Source: Verrucomicrobiota bacterium
GTDB lineage: Bacteria; Verrucomicrobiota; Kiritimatiellia; CAIQIC01; JAGNIJ01
Assembly: GCA_036821485.1 (NCBI GenBank)
Contig: DAISJM010000005.1
Location: 16,815 to 80,814, forward strand
DNA: 64,000 nt
Direction of reading: 5' to 3'
The position numbers and the translations under genes were made by a program. Below are positions 63,393-64,000 of this stretch, piece by piece (within the stretch, counting starts at the first letter, position 1; every line of letters begins with the position of its first letter). The notes beneath the pieces were generated by a model. That model made no database searches and had not been told where the DNA came from. It worked only from the letters and a program-made list of their open reading frames with translations.

Positions 63393-64000
63393 TCAGGCTT
63401 CCGCCGTATTGGGCGCAGTCTTCCCATAGATCAGCGCATAGACCACCGGTATGACCACCAGCGTAAAGACGGTCGATACAAACAAGCCGAAGATGATCGA
63501 CCACGCCAGCCCGCTGAAGATGGGATCAAACGTGATCGGCCACGCGCCGAGCATGGTCGTCCCCGCTGTCAGGAAGATCGGGCGCAGGCGCACCGCGCCC
63601 GCTTCGATGATCGCCTCGCGCAGTGACTGACCTCGCGCCGTCGCGCTTCGGATGAAGTCGATCAGGATGATCGCGTTTCGCTGGACGATACCGCCCAGGG
63701 CGATCATGCCGATCATCGCCGTCGCGGTGAAGAACACGGGATTGCTGAATCCGCCGACCGGGTGGTTGCTGATCAGGTTGATCAGCCAGAAGCCGGGCAT
63801 GATGCCGATCATCGTCAGCGGGATGGACATCATGATGACCAGCGGCAGCAGGTACGAACCCGTCTCGTAAACCAACAGCACGTAGATGGCCATCAGCGCT
63901 GCGGAGAACGCGATGCCCAAGTCGCGGAACACATCCACGGTGATCTTCCATTCACCCTCGCCGCCCCAGTCGGCTCGCAGGCCTTCGGGCAGAGGGTGCT
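63393..64000 (-). CDS. RND-family efflux transporter (AcrB/CzcA-like), C-terminal part only; continues beyond window end
   Basis: TM10-12 region of RND permeases (...MSIPLTMIGIMPGFWL..., ...AIILIDFI...REAIIEAGAVRLRPIFLTAGTTMLGA...). Two nested frames are given in the ORF track; the 63393..63938 frame carries the RND-like sequence. Confidence 0.75.
   Translation of the reverse strand, partial: HPLPEGLRADWGGEGEWKITVDVFRDLGIAFSAALMAIYVLLVYETGSYLLPLVIMMSIPLTMIGIMPGFWLINLISNHPVGGFSNPVFFTATAMIGMIALGGIVQRNAIILIDFIRSATARGQSLREAIIEAGAVRLRPIFLTAGTTMLGAWPITFDPIFSGLAWSIIFGLFVSTVFTLVVIPVVYALIYGKTAPNTAEA

Noticed and set aside
1-64000. CRISPR arrays, rRNA genes, transposases/IS elements, prophage genes
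   Set aside because: No regularly spaced direct repeats, no rRNA-like conserved stretches, and no DDE/integrase/terminase-like ORFs seen on either strand.

Overview
This is a high-GC (~63-65%) bacterial chromosomal segment. Its gene content is most consistent with a Verrucomicrobia/Planctomycetes-like organism (many TPR lipoproteins, an FGE-sulfatase-domain protein, GT-C glycosyltransferases, T2SS-like pseudopilin genes); the phylum is inference. It is dense with recognisable housekeeping genes (hisF, recN, mutS, dnaE, fusA, lgt, rluD, one tRNA-Met) interleaved with envelope and accessory functions. I found no rRNA, CRISPR array, integrase or transposase. Most long ORFs on the strand opposite real genes are GC-rich shadow ORFs and were rejected.

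Observations worth follow-up:
1. An AT-rich, phased palindromic motif array (TTTTTCCAA-N3-TTGGAAAAA, 5 copies at two loci, centres 31-32 bp apart) that looks like a dimeric-regulator operator.
2. An orphan gspK-gspL-gspM-like trio co-oriented with a Wzm/Wzt ABC-2 exporter and a 1,086-aa membrane-anchored fn3 protein.
3. A corrinoid-protein + DUF1638 + CoADR-rhodanese-TusA-DsrE cluster with no cognate methyltransferase.
4. A MotA/ZorA-like-topology membrane protein with a long coiled-coil tail but no MotB partner.
5. A 1,818-aa ExeM/NucH-like secreted nuclease with lamin-tail and Ig-like repeats.

All functional calls rest on motif and architecture recognition by eye. None was checked against a database.
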